Below, one piece after another: positions 18,489 to 27,915 of a DNA stretch of 48,000 nucleotides. The notes under the pieces were generated by a model. It ran no database searches, was not told where the DNA came from, and was given only the letters and a program-made list of their open reading frames with translations. Made by a program: the position numbers and the translations under genes. The stretch is taken from the NCBI GenBank assembly GCA_030065055.1, contig JASJDS010000083.1, forward strand, positions 1-48,000. The letters are read 5' to 3'. Numbering within the stretch: the stretch's first letter is position 1; each line of letters begins with the position of its first letter. Source of the DNA: Calothrix sp. MO_192.B10. GTDB taxonomy: Bacteria; Cyanobacteriota; Cyanobacteriia; Cyanobacteriales; Nostocaceae.

Positions 18489-19214
18489 ATGAATCAATTA
18501 CTAACAAGTATCTATGAATCAAAATCAGTTCAAGATGAGAAAGGGAATATAATTAATCCTTTTCCTACAGCTACTCCTTACGAGATTGGAACACTTTTTG
18601 ATGAGTTAATCAAAAAAAATAATTTCCAAAGAACACTCGAAATAGGTATGGCTTATGGTTTATCTACAATGTTCATTTGTCAAGCTCATAAAGATAAAGG
18701 TTCGGGACAACATATTGCCATAGATCCAAACCAGAGTACTGAATGGAAATCCATTGGATTACTGAATATCGAGAGAGCGTGTCTCTCAGAGAATTTCCGT
18801 TTATTTGAAGCAAATTCCCATGAAGTTCTACCTCAGCTTTTAACTCAAGGAGAAAAAATAGATTTCGCCTTTATTGATGGCTCTCATCACTTTGATTATG
18901 CTTTGTTAGACTTTTTTTACATTGACAAATTATTAAAAGTAGGGGGATATATCGCTTTTGATGATATTTGGATGCCTGGAATCAGGAAAGTTTTGTATTT
19001 TATATTAAGAAATAGAATGTATGAAATTGTGAAAATCCGACCCCGTTCTAATTTGCGAAAACGGATACAGAGATATATAAAACGTTGGATTCAAAATCCC
19101 TTGGAAAGAGATTCCCAAGGCATAAAGCTTCTTCCTGACAATATTTGTGTAATCAAAAAAATTGCAGAAGAAAGTTCAGAGAATCGTCCTTGGAATTTCT
19201 TCAAACAGTTTTAA
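18489..19214 (+). CDS. Class I SAM-dependent methyltransferase
   Basis: TLEIGMAYGLST (motif I-like) and FIDGSHHFDYALLDF...GGYIAFDD resemble Methyltransf_24/O-MT-type proteins found in polysaccharide clusters. Confidence 0.7.
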   Translation: MNQLLTSIYESKSVQDEKGNIINPFPTATPYEIGTLFDELIKKNNFQRTLEIGMAYGLSTMFICQAHKDKGSGQHIAIDPNQSTEWKSIGLLNIERACLSENFRLFEANSHEVLPQLLTQGEKIDFAFIDGSHHFDYALLDFFYIDKLLKVGGYIAFDDIWMPGIRKVLYFILRNRMYEIVKIRPRSNLRKRIQRYIKRWIQNPLERDSQGIKLLPDNICVIKKIAEESSENRPWNFFKQF

Positions 19215-19405
19215 AGTTTTGTTTTGAGAGTGAGTATCTTAACAGCTAGACAATTATGTAAAATTGGTAAATACAAAAACCTGGCATTGCCAAATTATGG
19301 GATGATTTTGCCCAATTAGGAATGAGCCTTGGATGGTTTTATCCACCGATTCATTCCGCAAATATACAACTCCAAAAATCTTATTTAATAAATTCTGGCA
19401 ATTTT

Positions 19406-21607
19406 ATGGAAAACATGCAAGTAAAAGGCTATTTAGAGGAAGTCGATATTCAGCAATATTGGCTGGTTCTCAAGCGTCGTTGGTTAATTGCAGCAGCAGT
19501 GTTTTGTGCTTCAGTGGGATTATCTGGATTTGTTGTATTAAGACAAAAACCTCAATACCAAGCTAACGGAATGCTGCTTTTCAAATCAGATAGAATTTCA
19601 TCACTGACAAAAGCAGGGGAAAAAGTTGGCGATTTAGAATCTATCATGCGTGAGGGTAATCCCCTAGAAACCCAAGCTGTAATTGTCAATTCTGAACCGA
19701 TGTTGCAAGAAGTTATCAATACCTTAGGTTTGAAAGATGAAAAAGGTAAGGTTATTGACATCGAGTCGCTAAAAATTAAAGTCGAACCAATTGTAGGGAC
19801 AGACGTACTAAAAGTTTCTCACAACTCAGCAAATCCTGAATTAGCAGCAGCAGTTGTTAATCAGTTGATGAAAACTTATATTGACAATAACATTGCTTCC
19901 AATCGCACTCAAGTTATTGCTGCTGGTGAATTTATCAAAGAAAGGCTACCTTCTGCGAAAAGAGAGTTGGATTTAGCAGCAGAAGCCTTACGGCAATTTA
20001 GGCTTAAAAATAATACTGTTAATTTAAAAGAGGAATCTAGTGCTGCAATTGCTAATATTAGCAAATTAAACGAACAAATCAATCAAACTCAAACTCAGCT
20101 AGCAGATATCAAAGCCCAGGAAATGGAGATGAAAAGCCAATTAAATTTGGCTAGAGAACAGGCTTTAGAAATTACATCCCTAAGTCAGATACCTGGGGTA
20201 CAAGAAGTTTTAAACGAACAGCAAAAAGTGCAAGCCCAACTTGCCACTGTCCAAGGAAGATACACAGAGAACCATCCAATTTTAATCGACCTTAAGGAAC
20301 AAGAAATAGCTCTAGCTACTTTATTAAAGCAGCGTGTAGATGGGATTCTAGGAAAAAATAGGTCGTATATTTCCCCCAAAAATTTACAAATGGGGAAGAT
20401 TAAAGAGGAACTAGCAGGTCAATATATTCAGTTAACGACTCAAACCCAAGGATTAGACAAAAAACTACAAACTTTATTTAATCTTCGAGAAAATTATCAA
20501 AAAAGGCTGAGTATTCTCCCTAACTTAGAAAAATTCCAAGGAAATTTAGAACGCAGGTTATCTATTGCCAAAACTGACTACGAAAATCTGGCGACTAGAT
20601 TGCAAGAAATAGAAGTAGCAGAAAAGCAAACTATTGGTAATGCGAGAGTAGTTCAACCAGCAAGGGTTCCCAAGAAAACCATAATATCTAAAATGACAAT
20701 ATTGTTATTGGGAGGTGGTGTCTTTGTTGGTTCTTTATTGGGCGTATCCGCAGCATTCTTTGTCGATTTAATTGACAGAACTTTGAAGACTACTAAAGAG
20801 ATTGAGAAATTTTTTGGCTACACTATGTTGGGATTAATTCCCAAATTTGAAACTAATAATATATCTCCCTATTTGAAAATGATGGGAGATAATATATCAA
20901 ATCGCGTAATTGCAGCTTCCTCTCCCCGTACAGTGATTCATGAAGCATACCAAATGCTGCAAGCAAATCTGAAATTTATTAGCCATAAAAAAGTTCGCAC
21001 AATCGTTGTTACCAGTTCTGTCGCTGGTGAAGGAAAGTCAGAGGTTGCTGCTAACTTAGCCGGGATTATAGCTCAAACAGGACGACGAGTTTTGCTGGTT
21101 GATGCAGATATGCGTCGGCCATCACAACATCATCTGTGGGGTTCGATCAACTCATCAGGTTTAAGTAATGTGATTGTAGGTCAAGATGAATTTTCACTAG
21201 CTGTAAAAAAAGGCACTAATTATTTATCCGTTCTTACTGCTGGGGTTCAACCTCCTAATCCCTTAGCATTAATTGATTCTGACGGTATGGCATCTTTAAT
21301 AGAAAAGTTGTCTCAAGATTATGAGTACGTAATATTCGATACTCCTCCTTTAGCTGGTACTGCTGATGCGGCAGTACTTGGGAAAATGGTGGATGGAGTT
21401 TTGCTGGTAGCAAGACCGAAAGTGGTAGACTCAGCCAGTGCCGAAGCTGCTAAGTCACTTTTAGAGCGTTCTGAGGCAAATATTTTAGGAATGGTGACTA
21501 ATGGTGTCAATGTTAAGCAAGAGCCTGATAACTACTTTTATTATTCCGATTCCAGAGGAAATCAAGGGGTGAGTGACACAAACGTTGGAGAATGGGTGCA
21601 TAGATAA
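19406..21607 (+). CDS. wzc: Polysaccharide co-polymerase / tyrosine autokinase (Wzc/GumC-type, PCP-2a)
   Basis: It has an N-terminal TM, a long coiled-coil periplasmic region and a second TM. These are followed by a C-terminal kinase with Walker A SSVAGEGKS, VLLVDADMRRP and a terminal Tyr cluster NYFYYSD. Start placed at MENMQ, although the ORF is open from 19322. Confidence 0.88.
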   Translation: MENMQVKGYLEEVDIQQYWLVLKRRWLIAAAVFCASVGLSGFVVLRQKPQYQANGMLLFKSDRISSLTKAGEKVGDLESIMREGNPLETQAVIVNSEPMLQEVINTLGLKDEKGKVIDIESLKIKVEPIVGTDVLKVSHNSANPELAAAVVNQLMKTYIDNNIASNRTQVIAAGEFIKERLPSAKRELDLAAEALRQFRLKNNTVNLKEESSAAIANISKLNEQINQTQTQLADIKAQEMEMKSQLNLAREQALEITSLSQIPGVQEVLNEQQKVQAQLATVQGRYTENHPILIDLKEQEIALATLLKQRVDGILGKNRSYISPKNLQMGKIKEELAGQYIQLTTQTQGLDKKLQTLFNLRENYQKRLSILPNLEKFQGNLERRLSIAKTDYENLATRLQEIEVAEKQTIGNARVVQPARVPKKTIISKMTILLLGGGVFVGSLLGVSAAFFVDLIDRTLKTTKEIEKFFGYTMLGLIPKFETNNISPYLKMMGDNISNRVIAASSPRTVIHEAYQMLQANLKFISHKKVRTIVVTSSVAGEGKSEVAANLAGIIAQTGRRVLLVDADMRRPSQHHLWGSINSSGLSNVIVGQDEFSLAVKKGTNYLSVLTAGVQPPNPLALIDSDGMASLIEKLSQDYEYVIFDTPPLAGTADAAVLGKMVDGVLLVARPKVVDSASAEAAKSLLERSEANILGMVTNGVNVKQEPDNYFYYSDSRGNQGVSDTNVGEWVHR

Positions 21608-21661
21608 ATTGGATTACAGGCGATCGCGGTAGTCTATCAAAAATCAAAATTAGGGTGCGTA

Positions 21662-22249
21662 ATGGGTGTACAAATAAATTTTCCAGACAATTTATACCAA
21701 AAGGAAAAATATGTTCATTATAACCTCTGGCAAACATTAAAAGAAGATTGGATAGCCCACGGTAGCGACTGGACCAAACCAGGGTTTCGTGCTGTAGTCG
21801 TTCATAGATTTGGAGTTTGGAGGACAACAGTTAAATCTAAATTTTTGCAAATACCTTTGAAAATTATCTATGGGATGTTATACCGAAAAATACGCAATTC
21901 CTATGGAATAGAGCTATTTTATACCACACATCTCGGTCGTCGTGTGGTGATTGAACATCAAGGAGGAATAGTTATCCATGCCCATGCTTCTATTGGTGAT
22001 GATTGTATGATTCGACAAGGTGTGACTTTAGGAATGCGCTATCCGGAGCGACCTATGGACGCGCCAAAGCTAGGTAAAAATGTAGAGGTTGGTTCTGGAG
22101 CGGCGATTTTAGGTGATGTCACTATTGGAGATAATGCCAGAATTGGAGCCAATGCTGTAGTTTTGCAGGATGTTCCACCAGGAGCAACCGCTGTCGGTAT
22201 ACCTGCAAAAATCGTCTCACATCAAATATCTACCACTCCATTTCATTAG
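21662..22249 (+). CDS. Hexapeptide-repeat O-acetyltransferase (serine-acetyltransferase-like)
   Basis: C-terminal left-handed beta-helix repeats: IGDDCMIRQGVTLG...VEVGSGAAILGDVTIGDNARIGANAVV. Confidence 0.8.
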   Translation: MGVQINFPDNLYQKEKYVHYNLWQTLKEDWIAHGSDWTKPGFRAVVVHRFGVWRTTVKSKFLQIPLKIIYGMLYRKIRNSYGIELFYTTHLGRRVVIEHQGGIVIHAHASIGDDCMIRQGVTLGMRYPERPMDAPKLGKNVEVGSGAAILGDVTIGDNARIGANAVVLQDVPPGATAVGIPAKIVSHQISTTPFH

Positions 22250-22275
22250 TTTTGATGAGTCGCGGGTATTTTTTA

Positions 22276-22306
22276 GATCCCCGACTTCTTCAAGAAGTCG
22301 GGGATC
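22276..22306 (+). terminator. Perfect 15-bp-stem hairpin GATCCCCGACTTCTT-C-AAGAAGTCGGGGATC followed by TTTT
   Basis: It lies 27 nt after the acetyltransferase stop. The palindrome was read directly, and I recognise the sequence as a dispersed Nostocales repeat. Confidence 0.55.
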
Positions 22307-22309
22307 TTT

Positions 22310-22733
22310 TACCCCTCACAACTAATGGGAAAGACCACTAGTACTCGACCACATTAATTTTGCGGGGTGGACATCCAACCGCCAGGGACTCTAAGTCCCT
22401 GGCTAATAGCAAAAGTCCTATAAATAGGACTGATGCAATACCCCTCATAACTAATGTGGTAGACCACTAGTACTTCACCACATTAATTTTGCGGGGTGGA
22501 CATCCAATCCGCTAGGGACTCTAAGTCCCTGGCTAATAGCAAAAGTCCTATAAATAGGACTGATGCAATACCCCTCAGAATTAATGTGGTGGAACACTAG
22601 TACTCGACCACATTAATTTTGCGGGGTGGACATCCAATCCGCCAGGGACTCTAAGTCCCTGGCTAATAGCAAAAGTCCTATAAATAGGACTGATGCAATA
22701 CCCCTCATAACTAATGTGGTGGACTACTAGTAT
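22310..22733. repeat. Tandem array of 3 full plus 1 partial copies of a ~130-bp unit, each unit carrying three hairpins
   Basis: Unit starts (TACCCCTCA) fall at 22310, 22439, 22569 and 22699. Each unit has three hairpins: a ~40-bp imperfect palindrome centred on ACTAGT, CCAGGGACT-cta-AGTCCCTGG, and AGTCCTAT-aa-ATAGGACT. Confidence 0.9.
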
Positions 22734-22781
22734 TTAAAGTGCCTACCAATTAATTTTGAAAGTTATTAGGGTGTTAATTCA

Positions 22782-24023
22782 ATGCCAATTAGTCAATTGA
22801 TGATTTTTGTAACTGGTATTTTCCTGTTACTTATTTCTGTGATTTTAGTTATGATTTGCCTCTTGTTTTTAGTTGAATGTATTGCTGCTGTTTTACCAAG
22901 TAATACATCAATTAATCCTCTAATAAATAAGAGGAATTGGCAAGATATTCAAGTGGCAGTCTTAGTTCCAGCCCATAACGAAGAACTAACGATCGCTACC
23001 ACATTAGATCGATTAATCCCTGGTTTAAAACCACAGGATAGCTTAATAGTTGTTGCGGATAACTGTAATGATACTACAGCCGAAATAGCTCATGGCAAGG
23101 GTGCTACGGTGATTGAACGACACAGCCTAGAACTTAGAGGTAAAGGATATGCCCTAGATTATGGTTTAAAATATCTGGAGAAACAACCTCCTGATGCAGT
23201 TGTAATTATCGATGCTGACTGCACCGTCCACCCAGGAGCAATTGAAAAATTAAGTGAACATGCGATCGCTACAGGTAAACCAGTTCAAGGAACCTATTTG
23301 ATGACAACACCAACAGACTCTCAGTCATCAAAGAAACTTGTGGCTCAATTGTCCAATATCGTCAGGAATTTAGTGCGTCCCCGTGGATTAAATCACCTGG
23401 GACAGTCTTGCTTGTTAAATGGTACGGGTATGGCTTTCCCTTGGTCTGTGATTAGTCAAGTTAATCTGGCTACGGGTCATCTGGTTGAAGATTTAAAACT
23501 AGGTTTAGATTTGAGCATCGCTGGATATGCACCAGAGTTTTGTCAATCAGCCAAAGTAACTGCGTATTTTCCCCAGCAAGAACGAGCAACTAAAAGTCAA
23601 AAAACTCGCTGGGTACACGGTCATTTACAAACTATGGGGACTTACGTTCCACTTTTAGTCAAGCAAGCTGTACGTCAAAAAAGGTTTGACTTGTTGATTA
23701 GTACTCTTGATTTGTGCATCCCCCCTCTATCTCTACTAGCTGTCCTTTGGCTAGCAATAATGACAGTTTCTGTGCTGTTCGCCTGGGTGGGAACTTCATG
23801 GATACCTGCTCTACTCTCAGCAATAGCTGGATTGTGTTTTTTAACTGCAATTTTGACAGCTTGGGCTGGATTTGCAGCTCAGGAATTACCTTTAACCCAG
23901 CTTTTAATTATTCCTTTTTATGTGATGGGAAAAATTCCAGTCTACTTAAACTTCCTAATTAAACCTCAAAAGATTTGGGTACGTACCGAAAGGGATTATG
24001 AAAGAGAAACTGTTACTAGTTAA
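22782..24023 (+). CDS. Membrane-bound family-2 glycosyltransferase
   Basis: An N-terminal TM, then VLVPAHNEE...VVADNCNDTT...IDADC (DxD) and C-terminal TM helices. Confidence 0.85.
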   Translation: MPISQLMIFVTGIFLLLISVILVMICLLFLVECIAAVLPSNTSINPLINKRNWQDIQVAVLVPAHNEELTIATTLDRLIPGLKPQDSLIVVADNCNDTTAEIAHGKGATVIERHSLELRGKGYALDYGLKYLEKQPPDAVVIIDADCTVHPGAIEKLSEHAIATGKPVQGTYLMTTPTDSQSSKKLVAQLSNIVRNLVRPRGLNHLGQSCLLNGTGMAFPWSVISQVNLATGHLVEDLKLGLDLSIAGYAPEFCQSAKVTAYFPQQERATKSQKTRWVHGHLQTMGTYVPLLVKQAVRQKRFDLLISTLDLCIPPLSLLAVLWLAIMTVSVLFAWVGTSWIPALLSAIAGLCFLTAILTAWAGFAAQELPLTQLLIIPFYVMGKIPVYLNFLIKPQKIWVRTERDYERETVTS

Positions 24024-25239
24024 CCCTGTGATATTGCGAGAATTGAACGGTCAATTTGGTCTTGACGATCAAACCTGCCAAGATTTTACGCGCTGGACAG
24101 AAAATTTTGACCAAGTTGTTTTTGCTTGTATTACATTACCAGAGCATATACTAAACAAAAGTGATGCATCAACTGCCGGAACAAATTGGCAAGCGATCGC
24201 TGATTTGCCTTGTGCCCACAAAGTCGAATTGATACCCCTACCCTGGGCATACACAATGCAAAACTTTGTTCGGACATATGCAGCCACAAGAAAGTTATTG
24301 AAAGAAAAAATAGAAGAATGTAAATATCTTTGTTTTAATATTTGGGGATTGATTGGAGGTTGGGGAGCGATTGCTTGTTTAGAAGCTATTAAACAAGGGC
24401 GACCCTACGCTGTTTGGACAGATGCAGTGGAATACGAAGTTATTCATAGAACATTATCCAGTTTACCTTGGAAGCGTCGCATCAAAGAATTTTTAACCCT
24501 ACCTTTACTAAAGCCTTATCATCAATATTTAATTTCCAAAAGTGAATTAGGACTTTTTCAGGGTCAAGACTGTTATTTGGAATTTTCACCATTTAGCAAA
24601 CATCCCTATTGTGTTTACAACATTCATACACAGAAGTCCGACCAAATTGATATTTCTAGCCTGAACCGAAAAATTGATTCATTATTATCTGGAAGTACTT
24701 TGCAAATTTGTTATGCAGGACGTGCTGCTGAGATGAAAGGTCCATTGGACTGGCTTCGCAGCTTGCACCATATCCACACATTAGGGATCAACTTTCAAGC
24801 AACTTGGATGGGTTATGGTCCCCTTCTCTCAAAAATGAAGTCCCTAGCTAAAGATTTGGGCATTTGCGATCGGGTAAATTTAGTTGGTTTTGTGAGCGAT
24901 CGCCATCAACTATTACAAACTATCAGAGAAAGTCATATTTTTCTCTTCTGCCACAAAACACCGGAGTCTCCTCGATGTTTAGTGGAGTCATTGGTTTCTG
25001 GTTGTCCGATTGTTGGTTATAGCAGTGCCTATCCTTTAGGGCTTGTATCTGAAGATGGAGGTGGTGTATTCGTACCAATGAATAATTGGCAACAATTAGC
25101 AGAACAAGTGGTTGAACTCAATGCAGACCGCAATCGATTGAGTGAATTAACTCGCTGTGCAGCCCTATCTGGTCGGCATTTTGATGAAGAAACTGTCTTT
25201 CAAAGACGGAGTCAGTTGATTAAACAGTATATCAAATAG
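23998..25239 (+). CDS. GT-B (family 4-like) glycosyltransferase
   Basis: The C-terminal half has GRAAEMKG...FLFCHKTPESPRCLVESLVSGCPIVGY. It overlaps the upstream gene by 26 nt. Confidence 0.75.
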   Translation: MKEKLLLVNPVILRELNGQFGLDDQTCQDFTRWTENFDQVVFACITLPEHILNKSDASTAGTNWQAIADLPCAHKVELIPLPWAYTMQNFVRTYAATRKLLKEKIEECKYLCFNIWGLIGGWGAIACLEAIKQGRPYAVWTDAVEYEVIHRTLSSLPWKRRIKEFLTLPLLKPYHQYLISKSELGLFQGQDCYLEFSPFSKHPYCVYNIHTQKSDQIDISSLNRKIDSLLSGSTLQICYAGRAAEMKGPLDWLRSLHHIHTLGINFQATWMGYGPLLSKMKSLAKDLGICDRVNLVGFVSDRHQLLQTIRESHIFLFCHKTPESPRCLVESLVSGCPIVGYSSAYPLGLVSEDGGGVFVPMNNWQQLAEQVVELNADRNRLSELTRCAALSGRHFDEETVFQRRSQLIKQYIK

Positions 25240-25329
25240 ATTTTTCTATAATTACTGCGATTAATATCTAATTTCATGCTAATAGGCTTTTGAACTTACT
25301 TATCTATCTAATATTTGAGCAAAGGTTTA

Positions 25330-26565
25330 ATGATGCATAAAAGCCAAATAAAACTAACATTAATTAATACATATCAAGTTAAATGTCTCTCTCCGACAAA
25401 AGTCCAAATGGTAAGAAAATTTTTAGATGAAATGGTTCTATTTTCTCACCTTTGGCCGGGAAAGATGCGAGTTTTAGTTGAACAAGACCCGAATAAATCA
25501 GAAGTTATGCAAACGGTTGCAGTTAATCCTCGTCAATTACCATTTGATTTAGAAATAATATCTGCCAACCATCTGGGCCCTGCTACATTCTCCCAGAATA
25601 CATCAATTGTATATATTAGTGCGGGACATAAATATACCAATATCAGTAAATACTGCCAGATAGCTAATGTTCCCAGTATTTATTACTCCGAATGTACAGT
25701 GAATACTAGAAAGCAAATTAAAGCTTTGAATACAAATAATCCAATTCTGCGTTGGCGAAGAAATTTATGGGAAGAAAATCTAGAGAAGAAACTAGCACAA
25801 GCAATTAAAATAGCCAGCGGAGTCCATTCTAATGGAACTCCTACTTATGAAGTATATCGCCAAATTAATAGCAACGCACTTTTATACTTTGATAATCGAG
25901 TTCCTCAAGACTTACTAGCAAAAAATGAAGATATTCAAGCAAGGGCTAAAAATTTATGCGATCGCAAACAACCATTGCGCTTATGTTTTTCTGGTAGACT
26001 GGTAAAAATCAAAGGAGTCACAGATCTGATAGATATTGCTCATGAACTTCGGGAACTTCGGGTTCCCTACAAAATGTTTATCTGCGGTGATGGGAAGCTG
26101 AAAGACGAAATGCAGTCTCAAATCACTGCAAAAGGTCTGCAAAATTTTGTGCAATTAATGGGATCGTTGAATTTTCATTCTCAACTGATACCTTTTATCA
26201 AACATAATATAGATTTATTCGTTTGCTGTCACAGACAGGGCGATCCTTCCTGTACTTATTTGGAAACTATGTCTTGTGGTGTACCCATCATTGGTTACGC
26301 AAATGAAGCTTTTGCTGGAATTGTAAAATATTCCCAAGCTGGATGGTTAGTTCATATAGATGAACCAAAGTTAATGGCTAAGAAAATTGCGGAATTAAAT
26401 AATAATAGACCTATGATTAAAGAAATGTCATTTAAATCTCTAGAATTTGCCAGCAACCATTATTTTGAAAAAACCTATGAAAAACGTATAAATCATCTAT
26501 ATCAAACTTATTCTAATTTTTATCATACTCATATAAATAATAATATGTATATGACAAATTTTTAA
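25330..26565 (+). CDS. GT-B (family 4-like) glycosyltransferase
   Basis: FSGRLVKIKG...FVCCHRQGDPSCTYLETMSCGVPIIGY. ATG at 25330 is preferred over the TTG at 25315. Confidence 0.75.
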   Translation: MMHKSQIKLTLINTYQVKCLSPTKVQMVRKFLDEMVLFSHLWPGKMRVLVEQDPNKSEVMQTVAVNPRQLPFDLEIISANHLGPATFSQNTSIVYISAGHKYTNISKYCQIANVPSIYYSECTVNTRKQIKALNTNNPILRWRRNLWEENLEKKLAQAIKIASGVHSNGTPTYEVYRQINSNALLYFDNRVPQDLLAKNEDIQARAKNLCDRKQPLRLCFSGRLVKIKGVTDLIDIAHELRELRVPYKMFICGDGKLKDEMQSQITAKGLQNFVQLMGSLNFHSQLIPFIKHNIDLFVCCHRQGDPSCTYLETMSCGVPIIGYANEAFAGIVKYSQAGWLVHIDEPKLMAKKIAELNNNRPMIKEMSFKSLEFASNHYFEKTYEKRINHLYQTYSNFYHTHINNNMYMTNF

Positions 26566-26658
26566 CTGTATTAGATGGAAAAGATATCATTAAAACTTGC
26601 ATTTTTATGTCAATTTAATGCAGCTTTATGTCTGTCAGAAAAAATAAGGCATAGAAAT

Positions 26659-27915
26659 ATGTACAAATTTCTGAAACTTGCCGAAAGAATTTTTATAATC
26701 CTAGGATTAACAGTTTTTCTAGGTACATTATATAGATTCTCCGAAGTAGGTCTAATTCCGCAAAATTTAATCACATTAATTAAATATTCCACATGGGCAA
26801 GTATTGTTATTATCAATTGTATATTTTGGAAAGATAATCTCATTGCATTGAGACAAAATATCCTGTTGACAATATTAACTATATTAGTGTTATTATCATT
26901 CATCTGGTCAGATTTTCCCCGATTTTCATTAAATATTGCTATAGAAATTTTATTTATGAGTCTTTTGGGCTTGTATATTGCTCAAAGATGTAATTTAAAA
27001 GAACAAGTAGAAATTATTGCTTGTTGTTTATTAATACAAGCTTTTATGAGTAGTTTTTTTGCTGTTTTTTTCCCTGGAATTGGCATAGATAATGAATTTC
27101 ATCCAGGAGCATGGCAGGGTGTATTTGGGCAAAAAAATTCTCTCGGTAGTGTGATGGTTTTAAATTTATTGACATTTTTTACATTACCGAAGGAAAACTC
27201 AAATTTATATAAATACTTCGGTTTGATTTATTCATTACTTTTAATTTTTCTTTCAACTTCCAAAACCTCTCTGATTATATCCATCCTACTGATATTGATC
27301 GTTTTTTTCTATCAAAACTTTAGGTGGCGAGGGAAAATAAGTGTTATTTTCGCAAACTTAGGAATTTTAATTATAGGGTGCATAGCCTTAGTCACTTTAA
27401 CTTATTGGATAGAAATTTTGACTGGTTTAGGAAGAGACCATACTTTGACTGGGCGTACACCAATGTGGGGTATGATGATAGCGAAATTAATGGAAAGACC
27501 ATTACTTGGTTATGGACTTAGAGCATTTTGGGCTCCTAAAAGTCCACACGCAATTGAAGTTGGTCAAGTAATAGGAACTGGATGGATTCCATCTGGAGGT
27601 CATAATGGCTGGCTTGATTTATCACTTGATGTAGGCTTGATTGGTTTATCAATTTTTATCATTAATTATTTGATGACTTTTGCCAAAGCCCTGAAACTCG
27701 CTTATGGAACTCAAAAGCCAGAATATTTTTGGCCTTTAGCCTATCTCACTTATCTAGCGATGAATAGCGTTACAGAGAGTTATTTACTGACTCAAGGAAG
27801 CTTAATTTGGATTTTATATGTAACAGTTGTGGTCATGTTGAACAAAAAATATCCATCAAATAAAAATCAAATACACGATTTTTATTCAGGCACATTAGAG
27901 GGGATGAAACAGTGA
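26659..27915 (+). CDS. O-antigen ligase/polymerase-family membrane protein (Wzy-like), paralog 1
   Basis: A polytopic protein with a periplasmic-loop motif (GAWQGVFGQKNSLG) and a conserved block (TGRTPMW...GHNGWLDL). Start placed at MYKFLKL by alignment to the N-terminus of paralog 2, although the ORF is open from 26575. Confidence 0.8.
   Translation: MYKFLKLAERIFIILGLTVFLGTLYRFSEVGLIPQNLITLIKYSTWASIVIINCIFWKDNLIALRQNILLTILTILVLLSFIWSDFPRFSLNIAIEILFMSLLGLYIAQRCNLKEQVEIIACCLLIQAFMSSFFAVFFPGIGIDNEFHPGAWQGVFGQKNSLGSVMVLNLLTFFTLPKENSNLYKYFGLIYSLLLIFLSTSKTSLIISILLILIVFFYQNFRWRGKISVIFANLGILIIGCIALVTLTYWIEILTGLGRDHTLTGRTPMWGMMIAKLMERPLLGYGLRAFWAPKSPHAIEVGQVIGTGWIPSGGHNGWLDLSLDVGLIGLSIFIINYLMTFAKALKLAYGTQKPEYFWPLAYLTYLAMNSVTESYLLTQGSLIWILYVTVVVMLNKKYPSNKNQIHDFYSGTLEGMKQ

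Noticed and set aside
21513-21827. 104-aa minus-strand ORF
   Set aside because: It overlaps the 3' end of wzc and the 5' end of the acetyltransferase gene on the opposite strand, inside a strictly plus-strand operon. No start context.
22310-22733. Possible CRISPR array or rRNA/tRNA-like structured gene
   Set aside because: The entire 130-bp unit repeats with no variable spacers. No cloverleaf or acceptor/T-arm signature is present. The sequence is best described as a tandem hairpin repeat.
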